Positions 56,194 to 64,000 of a DNA stretch of 64,000 nucleotides are shown piece by piece. Positions within the stretch are counted from its first letter, which is position 1, and each line of letters begins with the position of its first letter. Both the position numbers and the translations under genes were made by a program. A model generated the notes under the pieces. The model searched no databases. It had not been told where the DNA came from and saw only the letters and a list, made by a program, of their open reading frames with translations. This DNA comes from an uncultured Planctomycetota bacterium. Its GTDB lineage: Bacteria > Planctomycetota > Planctomycetia > Isosphaerales > Isosphaeraceae. The stretch lies in contig CAWGMQ010000007.1 in the NCBI GenBank assembly GCA_963823665.1, forward strand, positions 448,001 through 512,000, given 5' to 3'.

Positions 56194-56442
56194 ATGCCAC
56201 GTATTCGCTTCCGAATCCAGACGGCAATGGCTGTGATCGCCGAATCTGGTGTACTCATGGGCCTTGTAGTATGGGCGTTTCGCGATGACCCCGGCGTAAT
56301 GACCCCCATTTTGATCTTCTTCCTTGCCGTTAGCACACACGTAGTGGTTCGTCTCCGCCGGTCGACACGACAGCGGAGGGACTTGATCGCCTGATTGCGC
56401 GTGTGAGCGCCAGCGCGAAGCAGGGAGCCCTGGAGACTGTAG
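56194..56442 (+). pseudogene. Small membrane cargo gene (module D) with internal stops
   Basis: MPRIRFRIQTAM; TGA at 56392; in-frame TAG at 56440 sits in the conserved junction. Confidence 0.6.
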
Positions 56443-56449
56443 GTCAAAA

Positions 56450-56842
56450 ACGGGATGGAAAACCATCAACGGACGCCGCTATTACCACAAGTCGAAGCGT
56501 GAGGGAGCCCGAGTCAAAACCACCTACTTTGGGGCGGGAGAGTCGGGCCTGTTGATTTCGCTCTCGGATCGGGAGGATCGGGCCGAGCGAGAGGCCGAGC
56601 CGGTAAAACGTCGGGACGAGCGGGAAGAAATCGAGTCGGAGGATTCGGCCGTGGCGGAATGGTTCGACGACGTCCGGGCTCGTAGCCGCATGGCGACCGC
56701 CAGGACGGGCGACGCTCTAGCCGACTCGCGCACGCGGCCCCGTCTCCGGTCCGTCGCGTCGCCGTCGACACCTCATGGGCCGTTCAGCCCGACGCCGGAC
56801 CGACTCGAGCAGGATAGTTACCCATATCAGCCTTTCATTTGA
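56450..56842 (+). pseudogene. 'MGWKTINGRRY' hypothetical gene with mutated start (ACG)
   Basis: GWKTINGRRYYHKSKREGARVKTTYFGAG..EREEIESEDSAVAEWFD; fragments at 48974, 51123 and 51804. Confidence 0.65.
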
Positions 56843-57011
56843 GTCTTCGCGCCTTTGCATGAGCCTCTCTCTACTTGTTATCACTCACTCCAAACACAAA
56901 TCGCACTGAGTTCATCTCTCCCTTGGCGGCTTCACGTCTTTGCGTGAACCACTCGTGAACGTGGCCGGGAGCCAATCTTGAGCGAACAACAGACCGGTCT
57001 AACCGAGCCTT

Positions 57012-57058
57012 GCCCACAAACCTCCCCACAAACCCAAGGTCGGGGGTCTGCCCACAAA
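57012..57058. repeat. Three CCCACAAA direct repeats
   Basis: At about 57013, 57025 and 57051. Confidence 0.55.
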
Positions 57059-57068
57059 GCCGCGGGGA

Positions 57069-57356
57069 TCACCTCGGCTCCGGCGGGTCGGGTGCGACGG
57101 GTAGCCAGGGATAGCGGGCGGCGTGCTCGTACTTGCGGGCCATCGATTGGTGCCATTCAAAAAGACGCCAGACCTTGTCTTCCATCCCGATTGGCTTTAT
57201 CCGGGGCATAATCGGAACGTCGGCCCGATGATGCACCGCAATCCACCGAAAGCGCTCATGCCGCTCAATCGTGATCCCCAGCCCGCTGCCGATGATCGCC
57301 ACGGCGACCATCAGCCGCCACACGGTGAACCGGGGAGTGAGGCGAGATAGGTGCAT
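57069..57356 (-). CDS. Small membrane-anchored protein
   Basis: PRFTVWRLMVAVA leader; KYEHAARYPWLPVAPDPPEP C-terminus. Confidence 0.7.
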   Translation of the reverse strand: MHLSRLTPRFTVWRLMVAVAIIGSGLGITIERHERFRWIAVHHRADVPIMPRIKPIGMEDKVWRLFEWHQSMARKYEHAARYPWLPVAPDPPEPR

Positions 57357-57687
57357 GTAGTCGTAGTGCTCCCGCACCCCACTCTACCCGGTCGATCCAG
57401 GATTCGCATCGGAATTGGCGTCGCATCACGAGTTGCGCAGCAAAAAGCTGAGCTGAAGCCGAAGGTCGTGAAAAAGAAGTAGAGAACTCGGAGTTCACGC
57501 CGCCTCGGTCATCTCGCCATCTCGCCAATCGTCAGCCACGACGAAGCCGCAATCAGTGTCAGCGCACAGATCGTCCTCGGCGGTCAGACGCACCCTGCCG
57601 TCAAACAGTGCGATCACAAGCTTGGTGTAGGCGAGGTGACCGCTCATAGCATTCGCCGCGCGGTTTACCCGTCGCTGAGTCTACCGC

Positions 57688-57933
57688 TCATTCGATTTCT
57701 TTGGGCGTTCTTGCTGTTTTTGGGTCCAAGTGCAGGTGGCGGATTTTTTTCTTGGACGCCCATTCGTCGCCCTTCATGAGATTTAACCACCGCGCACGCT
57801 CCGCCTCGGCCGTCCGCTCATTGCGCCGCATGATCGAAATCGTCTGAACAACGGCGTAAGCAACCACCGCTGCGATTACCACGATCACCAGCGCTCGCCC
57901 GAGCGTGATCTGCCGTCGTCGTGGATTCGTCAT
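57688..57933 (-). CDS. Small membrane-anchored protein
   Basis: RRQITLGRALVIVVIAA leader plus TM. Confidence 0.55.
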   Translation of the reverse strand: MTNPRRRQITLGRALVIVVIAAVVAYAVVQTISIMRRNERTAEAERARWLNLMKGDEWASKKKIRHLHLDPKTARTPKEIE

Positions 57934-58024
57934 AGAACGAAACTCTCATCGCTGATGGCACTTCGCCTTCGATCGAGCGAGATCGTCTCACACAATCGCA
58001 CCTCTTTTCAAGTCGCGCAAACTC

Positions 58025-58073
58025 CATCTACGGATTCCCCCGTTGACATCTACGGAGGAATCCGTAGTATAGA
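58025..58073 (+). promoter_or_regulatory. blaI promoter with palindromic operator
   Basis: TTGACA at 58043; CTACGGA-GGAA-TCCGTAG at 58050-58067; extra CATCTACGGA half-site at 58025. Confidence 0.75.
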
Positions 58074-58114
58074 GTCGTGTGGCACGTGATTCCCGTTTCC
58101 GAAGGTGGTTGATA

Positions 58115-58510
58115 ATGGCGAGGCGACCGCAAGAAACTCCAACCGAAGCCGAACTGGAGATTCTCAAAGTTCTCTGGGAACGTGGTCCCAGTACCGGACG
58201 GGATGTAATGGATGTCCTGGTCGCAGAGCGGAAACGTGCCTACACGTCGGTCATGAGCGTACTCAACATCATGGCGAACAAAGGGCACGTGACCAGAAAG
58301 CCGCATGGACGTGCATTCATCTACTCCGCCAAACGGCCGCGTGAAAAAACACTGGGCAAGATGGTCAATAGTCTTCTGGGGCGTGCCTTCGAAGGGTCCG
58401 CTGCATCCCTGGTGTCTCAGTTGCTCGACCAGTCTAAGCCGGCACCCGAAGAGCTCGACAAGATTCGGAAAGTCATCGAAGAATATGAAGCCAGGAGTAA
58501 CGGCCAATGA
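58115..58510 (+). CDS. BlaI/MecI/CopY family repressor
   Basis: TEAELEILKVLW..AYTSVMSVL..KG.V.R...RAFIY..FEGS. Confidence 0.93.
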   Translation: MARRPQETPTEAELEILKVLWERGPSTGRDVMDVLVAERKRAYTSVMSVLNIMANKGHVTRKPHGRAFIYSAKRPREKTLGKMVNSLLGRAFEGSAASLVSQLLDQSKPAPEELDKIRKVIEEYEARSNGQ

Positions 58511-60588
58511 ATCCGTTCTCGATGAACTTCGTGGCAGAGTTTGCCGAGCTTCTGACGTCGGTGCTGATTCACTTCCTTTGGCAGGGAGCTCTCCTTGCGC
58601 TCATTCTGCTCGTCACAGTGAAGCTTCTCGACGTGAGGTCAGTGCGCCTTAGATACCTCCTTTCAGTGGGCACGCTGCTGCTGATGGGAATGGCTCCAAT
58701 CGTCACGGCGATGTTGCACCGTCAGGGCAGCTCGCAACCACAACATCTCCCTGTCGCGAGGTCAGCTCAATCAAGTCCGATCATCGAGGAACACACCGCC
58801 ATCAATACGGCTGGTCGCATTGTAGCTGACGTGCAAAAAGGGCTGGCCGCTCCGTGGAATCTCACCATCGAAGTCTATGTCCTCTTTGCATGGCTCGTAG
58901 GAGTCTCGATTCTCAGCACACGGTTGGCGATTGGATTCGGTGTCACCGTGTGGAGCCGGGTGAATCTAAAGCCTCTTTCTGATGAATTCGAGCAGCGAGT
59001 TCGAATGCTCGGTGACAGACTGAGTGTGGATGCACGACAACGTGTTTTCGCATGTGTGAGAGTGGGTCAAGCGGTGGCCGTCGGATTCATTCGCCCGGTC
59101 GTCTTGATTCCAGCGTCCTGGCTGACCCAACTAACTCCGCAAATGATCGAAGCAATCATCGCCCACGAACTCGCTCATATCCGCAGACGGGATTTATGGG
59201 TCAATCTCCTGCAGCGCATTATCGAGACGCTCTTGTTCTACCACCCCGCAGTCTGGTGGCTCTCGAGTCGAATCCGTCTCGAGCGTGAGATGTGTTGCGA
59301 CGAGATTGCAGCCGGGTGTTTCGACCGGGTGTTGTATGCCCGGTCTTTGGAATCCGTTGCCAAGATCGGGCAGGGAAACCTGGTCATGGCGACCTTGATC
59401 AGTGGCGGACACAAAATGAAACTGTTGAATCGAATCCGGTATTTACTTGGGCGTGCACCTGCCGATGCAGCCGGCAACTGGTGGGCAGTTGGATTTGTGG
59501 CCCTGATCCTGCCCTTTGCAGCAGCGGTTGCGTTTTCATTATCAGCACTGGCCAGACCCGCCGTCACAACGGCCGGTAACGATTCTGCCAGGCCAAAGGC
59601 CATTGAAAAGATCGTGGTCAAGAGCGTTGAGGCAAAGGCCGTCACGGTCACCGAGCAATATGTCTGCCAGATCCAATCGGCGCGGCACATCAATGTCCGT
59701 TCGCAGGGGACCGGTTATTTGAAGGCCATCTCGATCAAGGAAGGCCAGACGGTGAAAGAGGGCGAGCTGATGTTCGAGATCGTGCCGGCTCTTTACAAGG
59801 CAAGGTTGGAAGGCGCGATGGCCGAGAAAGACCTCGCACAACTGGAGTTAAATAACACCCGGAGGATAGCCGAGAAACGAGGTGTCTCTCAGACGGAGGT
59901 GAAACTGTTCGAGGCCAAACTCGCAAAGGCCCAGGCCAACGCGGATCTGGCGGCAGCCGAACTGAACTTTACGAAGGTCAGACGCGCCTTCGACGGCATC
60001 GTCGACCGCCTGCAAGACGTGGGCAGCCTGGTCAAGGAGGGTGAGACTCTCGCGACCTTGTCCGATAACAGCCAGGTGCGGGTTTATTTCAACGTCCCCG
60101 AAACGCGTTACCTCGAATACATGACCGACCTGAGCGAGCGTAAGGAGAATCCAAAGATCGAGCTCATTCTGGCGAACGGCAAGAAGTTCGGCGAGGTCGG
60201 CAAGTTCGGTGCGATGAAGGCCGACTTCAACAACGAGACTGGCACGATCTCCTTCCGCGCCGACTTTCCGAATCCCGACCGCCTGCTGCGTCACGGTCAG
60301 AGAGGCACCGTGCTGATCAGTCGTGTGCTGAATAACGCCATCGTCATCCCTCAACGTGCGACCTTCGAAGTTGGCAGCGGGCGGTACGTTTTCGTCGTCG
60401 CCGAAGACGACGTGGCGCATCTGCGCGAGATCGTGATCCAGAATGAAGTGGAAGACCTCTTCGTCATCAAGAAGGGCATTGGCGTTGGCGACAAGATCAT
60501 TGTCGAGGGGATCAGACAGGTTCGCGTCGGTGAAAAGGTGGAATACATCGAACGCCAACCGAACAAAGTTGATGCAATCCTGCAATAA
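58507..60588 (+). CDS. M56 (BlaR1-like) peptidase fused to an RND periplasmic adaptor (MFP)
   Basis: HFLWQG, HELAHIRRRD, FYHPAVWW, EREMCCD; then EGQTVKEG, FRADFPNP, IVIPQRA, GDKIIVEG. ATGA overlap with blaI. Confidence 0.9.
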   Translation: MNPFSMNFVAEFAELLTSVLIHFLWQGALLALILLVTVKLLDVRSVRLRYLLSVGTLLLMGMAPIVTAMLHRQGSSQPQHLPVARSAQSSPIIEEHTAINTAGRIVADVQKGLAAPWNLTIEVYVLFAWLVGVSILSTRLAIGFGVTVWSRVNLKPLSDEFEQRVRMLGDRLSVDARQRVFACVRVGQAVAVGFIRPVVLIPASWLTQLTPQMIEAIIAHELAHIRRRDLWVNLLQRIIETLLFYHPAVWWLSSRIRLEREMCCDEIAAGCFDRVLYARSLESVAKIGQGNLVMATLISGGHKMKLLNRIRYLLGRAPADAAGNWWAVGFVALILPFAAAVAFSLSALARPAVTTAGNDSARPKAIEKIVVKSVEAKAVTVTEQYVCQIQSARHINVRSQGTGYLKAISIKEGQTVKEGELMFEIVPALYKARLEGAMAEKDLAQLELNNTRRIAEKRGVSQTEVKLFEAKLAKAQANADLAAAELNFTKVRRAFDGIVDRLQDVGSLVKEGETLATLSDNSQVRVYFNVPETRYLEYMTDLSERKENPKIELILANGKKFGEVGKFGAMKADFNNETGTISFRADFPNPDRLLRHGQRGTVLISRVLNNAIVIPQRATFEVGSGRYVFVVAEDDVAHLREIVIQNEVEDLFVIKKGIGVGDKIIVEGIRQVRVGEKVEYIERQPNKVDAILQ

Positions 60589-60627
60589 CAGGCGGATCCG
60601 ACTCGCTTCGGCCGCGTCCGAAAACAT

Positions 60628-60679
60628 TGTCGGCCTTCGCTCCGCGAAGGCACATTCCCTCGCGGAGCGAGGGCCGACA
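60628..60679. repeat. REP-like hairpin
   Basis: TGTCGGCCTTCGCTCCGCGA..TCGCGGAGCGAGGGCCGACA; same family as the half element near 39700. Confidence 0.75.
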
Positions 60680-61059
60680 CTTCGCGAGCGTTGATGGCAT
60701 CATCCCGCCAACACCCTACCTGCGGCGCGGTGCATTTCAATCGGCTGGTGCATGATCGCCGTCGCGATCATTGGGTATTTCTGTGCATTCCCCGAACTGG
60801 CCCCGGGTACAACTAACCATCGGAAGTCCCGACTGCCGGCGCAGTGACCGGCGGACTGCGCCAGCGTATACAGACGCCCTGAGGTCGTGTTATGGGAACG
60901 CCTCGCAAACTTCACTGCCCCAAGCTCATCTGAAGGGTTTTCCAACGCCCGCATGTTAAACTAGATCAATTGCTTTGGTCGGGGCATTCCCTGGGCGTTG
61001 GCCCCGCGACATCGATGGTTTACCCCGTCCCTTTGCGACGGGCATAGAGGGGGCGGACG

Positions 61060-62658
61060 GTGAAGATCACCTCTCGCAACGCGGCTTCGTTCGTTGTGCT
61101 CGTACTCATGGGCATGCTGACCTTTGGCCGGGCAGCGTCGAGCGAACGCGGCCGCCTTCCTCAGGGCGGTCAGCATGCGGCGGAGAAAGCTAATCTTACT
61201 CCGTACATCGCCGGGTCCCTTAACTGCAGAGGTTGCCACGAGCATCCCGAAAACTTCCCGAACCAGCAACTCATCTGCAGGATGACCGAGTACCCCGTCT
61301 GGAGCAATCGAGACCGCCATCAGATTGCCTACGAGGTCTTGGTCAAACCCGACGGCCGCGGCCAGGAGATTGCCAAGCGACTGAAAATCGACCTCGACGC
61401 TCGAGACAACGCGTGCGTGCGATGCCATGGCATCTCCGTCCCCGAGGGTGTCGAGCCATTCCAGTTCGCCGCGGAACGGGACGGTGTGACATGTGTGGCC
61501 TGCCACGGAGCGTACCAGGAATGGATCCTGGAACACCAAAACCCGAACAACAAGAAATGGCGCGACCTGTCGCGTGCCCAGAAGGAACGTCTCAAGGGAA
61601 TGCGCGACCTCTGGGATCCAAAAACCCGCGTCGAGACCTGCTTATCATGCCACGTCGGCAATCCCGCCGAACGGAAGATCCTCACCCACGACATGTACGC
61701 CGCCGGCCACCCGCCTCTTCCGAGCATCGAAGTGGCCACGTTCAGCGACCAACAGCCTCGACATTGGCAGATCTTGCGTGAGAAGGACAAGTCGATCAGG
61801 GACCGCCTCAGCTTCAAGGAAGGCCGGCTGGAGCAGGCGGAGCTGGTCGCGGTCGGAAGCTTGGTTGCACTGAGGAGGAGCCTCGAGTTACTGACGAGTC
61901 GGCCCGAAGGCAATGCCGCACCTCCGCCCATCCTCGATTTTGCTCGGTATGATTGCACCGCGTGCCACCACGACCTCGTGCGATCGGACGGTTCGTCGCG
62001 CCAGGTGCGCGGCCTAGGCAGCACGCCCGGACGACCCCTTCCCCCGATCTGGCCACAGGCGCTCGTGCGCGTCGGGCTCGAGGCGGCAGACCCAGCGCGT
62101 GCCGATGGCTGGTTCAAAGAGCTGCAGGGTAAGCTGCGCAACTTCGAGGCGGCGATGACCGAGAGGCCTTTCGGCAACGTCGAAAAAGCAGGCTCCATCG
62201 CGTGCGACATCATTTGCTGGCTCGACGAGCCGTTGGAGTTGCTCGACCAGATGGTCCAGAACCAATCCGGAAAGAGCGGTCGTATCGTGGACCAGGACAC
62301 CGTCCTGAAGATGCTTCACGCCCTCGGTGATCGTGCGGCCAAGCAAACGCCGGACTACGAATCAGCGCGACAGATGGCCTGGGCGTTCCGCACGATCTAC
62401 ATCGAGTGGTCCCGTAAAACCAATAAACCCGACAAGGAAATTCTGGATGTCCTGAATGGACTCGATCAGAGATTGGTACTCAATCTCGGCCCCGATCCTC
62501 TCGGTCAGAGGACTCCGATCATCGATTCTCTGAGCGCGCGTTTGAAAGCGGCGGGCGACTACAAACCCGCTGAATTCGCCCAGGACTTTCAAACGCTCAT
62601 CTCCAGGTTGCCCAAGGGCCCGCAAGTCCCAGCGCAAAAACCTTCTGGCGCCGACTGA
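61060..62658 (+). CDS. Exported multiheme cytochrome c (five CxxCH)
   Basis: Signal peptide; CRGCH, CVRCH, CVACH, CLSCH, CTACH; HDMYAAGHP. Confidence 0.9.
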   Translation: MKITSRNAASFVVLVLMGMLTFGRAASSERGRLPQGGQHAAEKANLTPYIAGSLNCRGCHEHPENFPNQQLICRMTEYPVWSNRDRHQIAYEVLVKPDGRGQEIAKRLKIDLDARDNACVRCHGISVPEGVEPFQFAAERDGVTCVACHGAYQEWILEHQNPNNKKWRDLSRAQKERLKGMRDLWDPKTRVETCLSCHVGNPAERKILTHDMYAAGHPPLPSIEVATFSDQQPRHWQILREKDKSIRDRLSFKEGRLEQAELVAVGSLVALRRSLELLTSRPEGNAAPPPILDFARYDCTACHHDLVRSDGSSRQVRGLGSTPGRPLPPIWPQALVRVGLEAADPARADGWFKELQGKLRNFEAAMTERPFGNVEKAGSIACDIICWLDEPLELLDQMVQNQSGKSGRIVDQDTVLKMLHALGDRAAKQTPDYESARQMAWAFRTIYIEWSRKTNKPDKEILDVLNGLDQRLVLNLGPDPLGQRTPIIDSLSARLKAAGDYKPAEFAQDFQTLISRLPKGPQVPAQKPSGAD

Positions 62659-62924
62659 GCTGATTCAGGTTTCTCAGGATCAGAGAGTAGGGCCTGGCGG
62701 AAACTCACCGACATCGCCGCGCGATGCAAACCGTGTCGTGCGCCCCGTGGCTCCCGTCAGATCGAACTTGCGCTTGCGTGGATGGACGATTTGCCAGTAA
62801 AATGCGTCACAATCGGGGTGTCAGCCAAATCGATTGCAGACGAGTCCGGGTTTCGACCAATTCCGTTCGGGCCGATCGATCCACATTCACCTCGGCCGCA
62901 GCCAAGCACGGGGAGCCTTGGCCA

Positions 62925-64000
62925 ATGAGACAATCTCCCATCAAGCACAAGAGAGTGGTACGCCCAGCCTGCGTGTTGCTCGAATCCAGGGCCCTCTTGT
63001 CTGGTGGGCTCAGTCTCACGCCCAGCATCACGACCAATGCCGCGGTCTACCAGCCCGGCCAGCCGATCCAGATTCAGTTCACGGAAACGAACAACACGAG
63101 TCAACCGATCAAGTTCGTCTACGGCCCGAGCGCCGACGGTTTCGACTTCAGCGAAGGCGGTGCGGTCGTCTACAAGTCGAACGGCGGCATCAACCCGATG
63201 GTTCTCGTGCTCGACACGCTCCAGCCCGGCGAGTCCAAGACCTTCAATTTCACCTGGAACGGCGTTTCGGGTAATCCAATCGAAGGAACCACTCAAACCC
63301 TGACGCCGGGCACATTCATCGTCACCAACCAGCTCGACCCCAGCGTCTTGGCGACGTTCCAGATTGCCTCTCCGCTTTCTTATACTTTTACGCTTAATAA
63401 CCAGTCATACCAGGTCGGCCAGCCGATCGGGATCAACTTGACCGAAACGAATACCAGCAGCCAGCCTGTTACCGTCAACGTGAACCCAGCCGCATTCACG
63501 GTCACGAACGGCCTCGGTCAGACGCTCTGGCAGTACCAGGACAGCTCGGCCTCGCCAGCCACCCAAACGCTACAGCCCGGCCAGTCGATCACGCAAACCG
63601 CGACCTGGAATGACATCGCCAACGTGGGGCCCACCGCCGGCACCAATGTATGGGGCAATTTCACAGTGAGCAGCCCCAATGCGCCTGCCGGTCTTGCACC
63701 CACCGCCGGGATTAATGACCCGCTCTCGTTCAGCCTGAGCCCTCAAACCGGCTCCGTCGCCCCCGGCCAGCCGGTGGTGTTCAACTGGGTCGCGACAGAC
63801 ACGGCAGCCGTGCCCGTGACGATTCCTGAATCGACGGGCCAGCTCACCGTCACCAACTCAGTGACGGGCGTGCAAGTCTATAGCACCAGCGTCGCGGCCG
63901 CCGCGCCCACGATCACGCTGCAGCCCGGCCAATCCTGGACCCAGAACATCACCTGGCCCGGCAGCTCCACGGGTTCGGTGCCGGCGGCCATCTACGATGC
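62925..64000 (+). CDS. Secreted Ig-like repeat protein with LEPR-XLL-type leader, 3'-partial (not in ORF track)
   Basis: MRQSPIKHKRVVRPACVLLESRALLS; three domains each ending TLQPG.S.T...TW; no stop before the window end. Confidence 0.8.
   Translation, partial: MRQSPIKHKRVVRPACVLLESRALLSGGLSLTPSITTNAAVYQPGQPIQIQFTETNNTSQPIKFVYGPSADGFDFSEGGAVVYKSNGGINPMVLVLDTLQPGESKTFNFTWNGVSGNPIEGTTQTLTPGTFIVTNQLDPSVLATFQIASPLSYTFTLNNQSYQVGQPIGINLTETNTSSQPVTVNVNPAAFTVTNGLGQTLWQYQDSSASPATQTLQPGQSITQTATWNDIANVGPTAGTNVWGNFTVSSPNAPAGLAPTAGINDPLSFSLSPQTGSVAPGQPVVFNWVATDTAAVPVTIPESTGQLTVTNSVTGVQVYSTSVAAAAPTITLQPGQSWTQNITWPGSSTGSVPAAIYD

Noticed and set aside
47730..56871. Integron cassette array or DGR as the explanation for the repeated modules
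   Set aside because: No intI, no attC-type GTTRRRY/RYYYAAC hairpins, no reverse transcriptase, and differences are not adenine-specific; the repeats translate as decayed genes.

Overview
High-GC DNA that looks like a planctomycete (Isosphaeraceae-like), judged from LEPR-XLL-type leaders, DUF1559, planctomycete-type LRR proteins and REP-like palindromes. About ten genes, including the normally essential ligA, carry single frameshifts, most likely consensus indel errors. 2-20.7 kb is an 11-gene, same-strand envelope cluster: PQQ-like propeller, SIMPL, Tat prenyltransferase-fold protein, MoxR AAA, DUF58, two vWA proteins, a DUF4175-like protein, an NPCBM protein and an STN/HEAT protein. 20.7-39.7 kb is mostly housekeeping: rfbB, galM-glucose dehydrogenase-kdgK, M24 peptidase, ligA, ndk, mec, cysK, cyclase, hemQ-like, ATL and maf. 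tRNA-Arg(CCG) at 40014-40087 anchors an accessory region (about 40.1-58 kb) with no recognisable integrase. It holds two displaced tRNA 3'-end copies (att-like), arm-like repeats, a putative TA pair and a truncated pentapeptide-TIR gene. The most striking structure is a repeated, decayed three-part module: wHTH-like gene, exactly 15 nt, a hypervariable small membrane gene, exactly 7 nt, then an 'MGWKTINGRRY' gene. The window ends with blaI plus an M56-MFP fusion under a clear operator, a pentaheme cytochrome c and a truncated secreted Ig-like repeat protein. All family assignments come from motif recognition by eye; no database searches were run.
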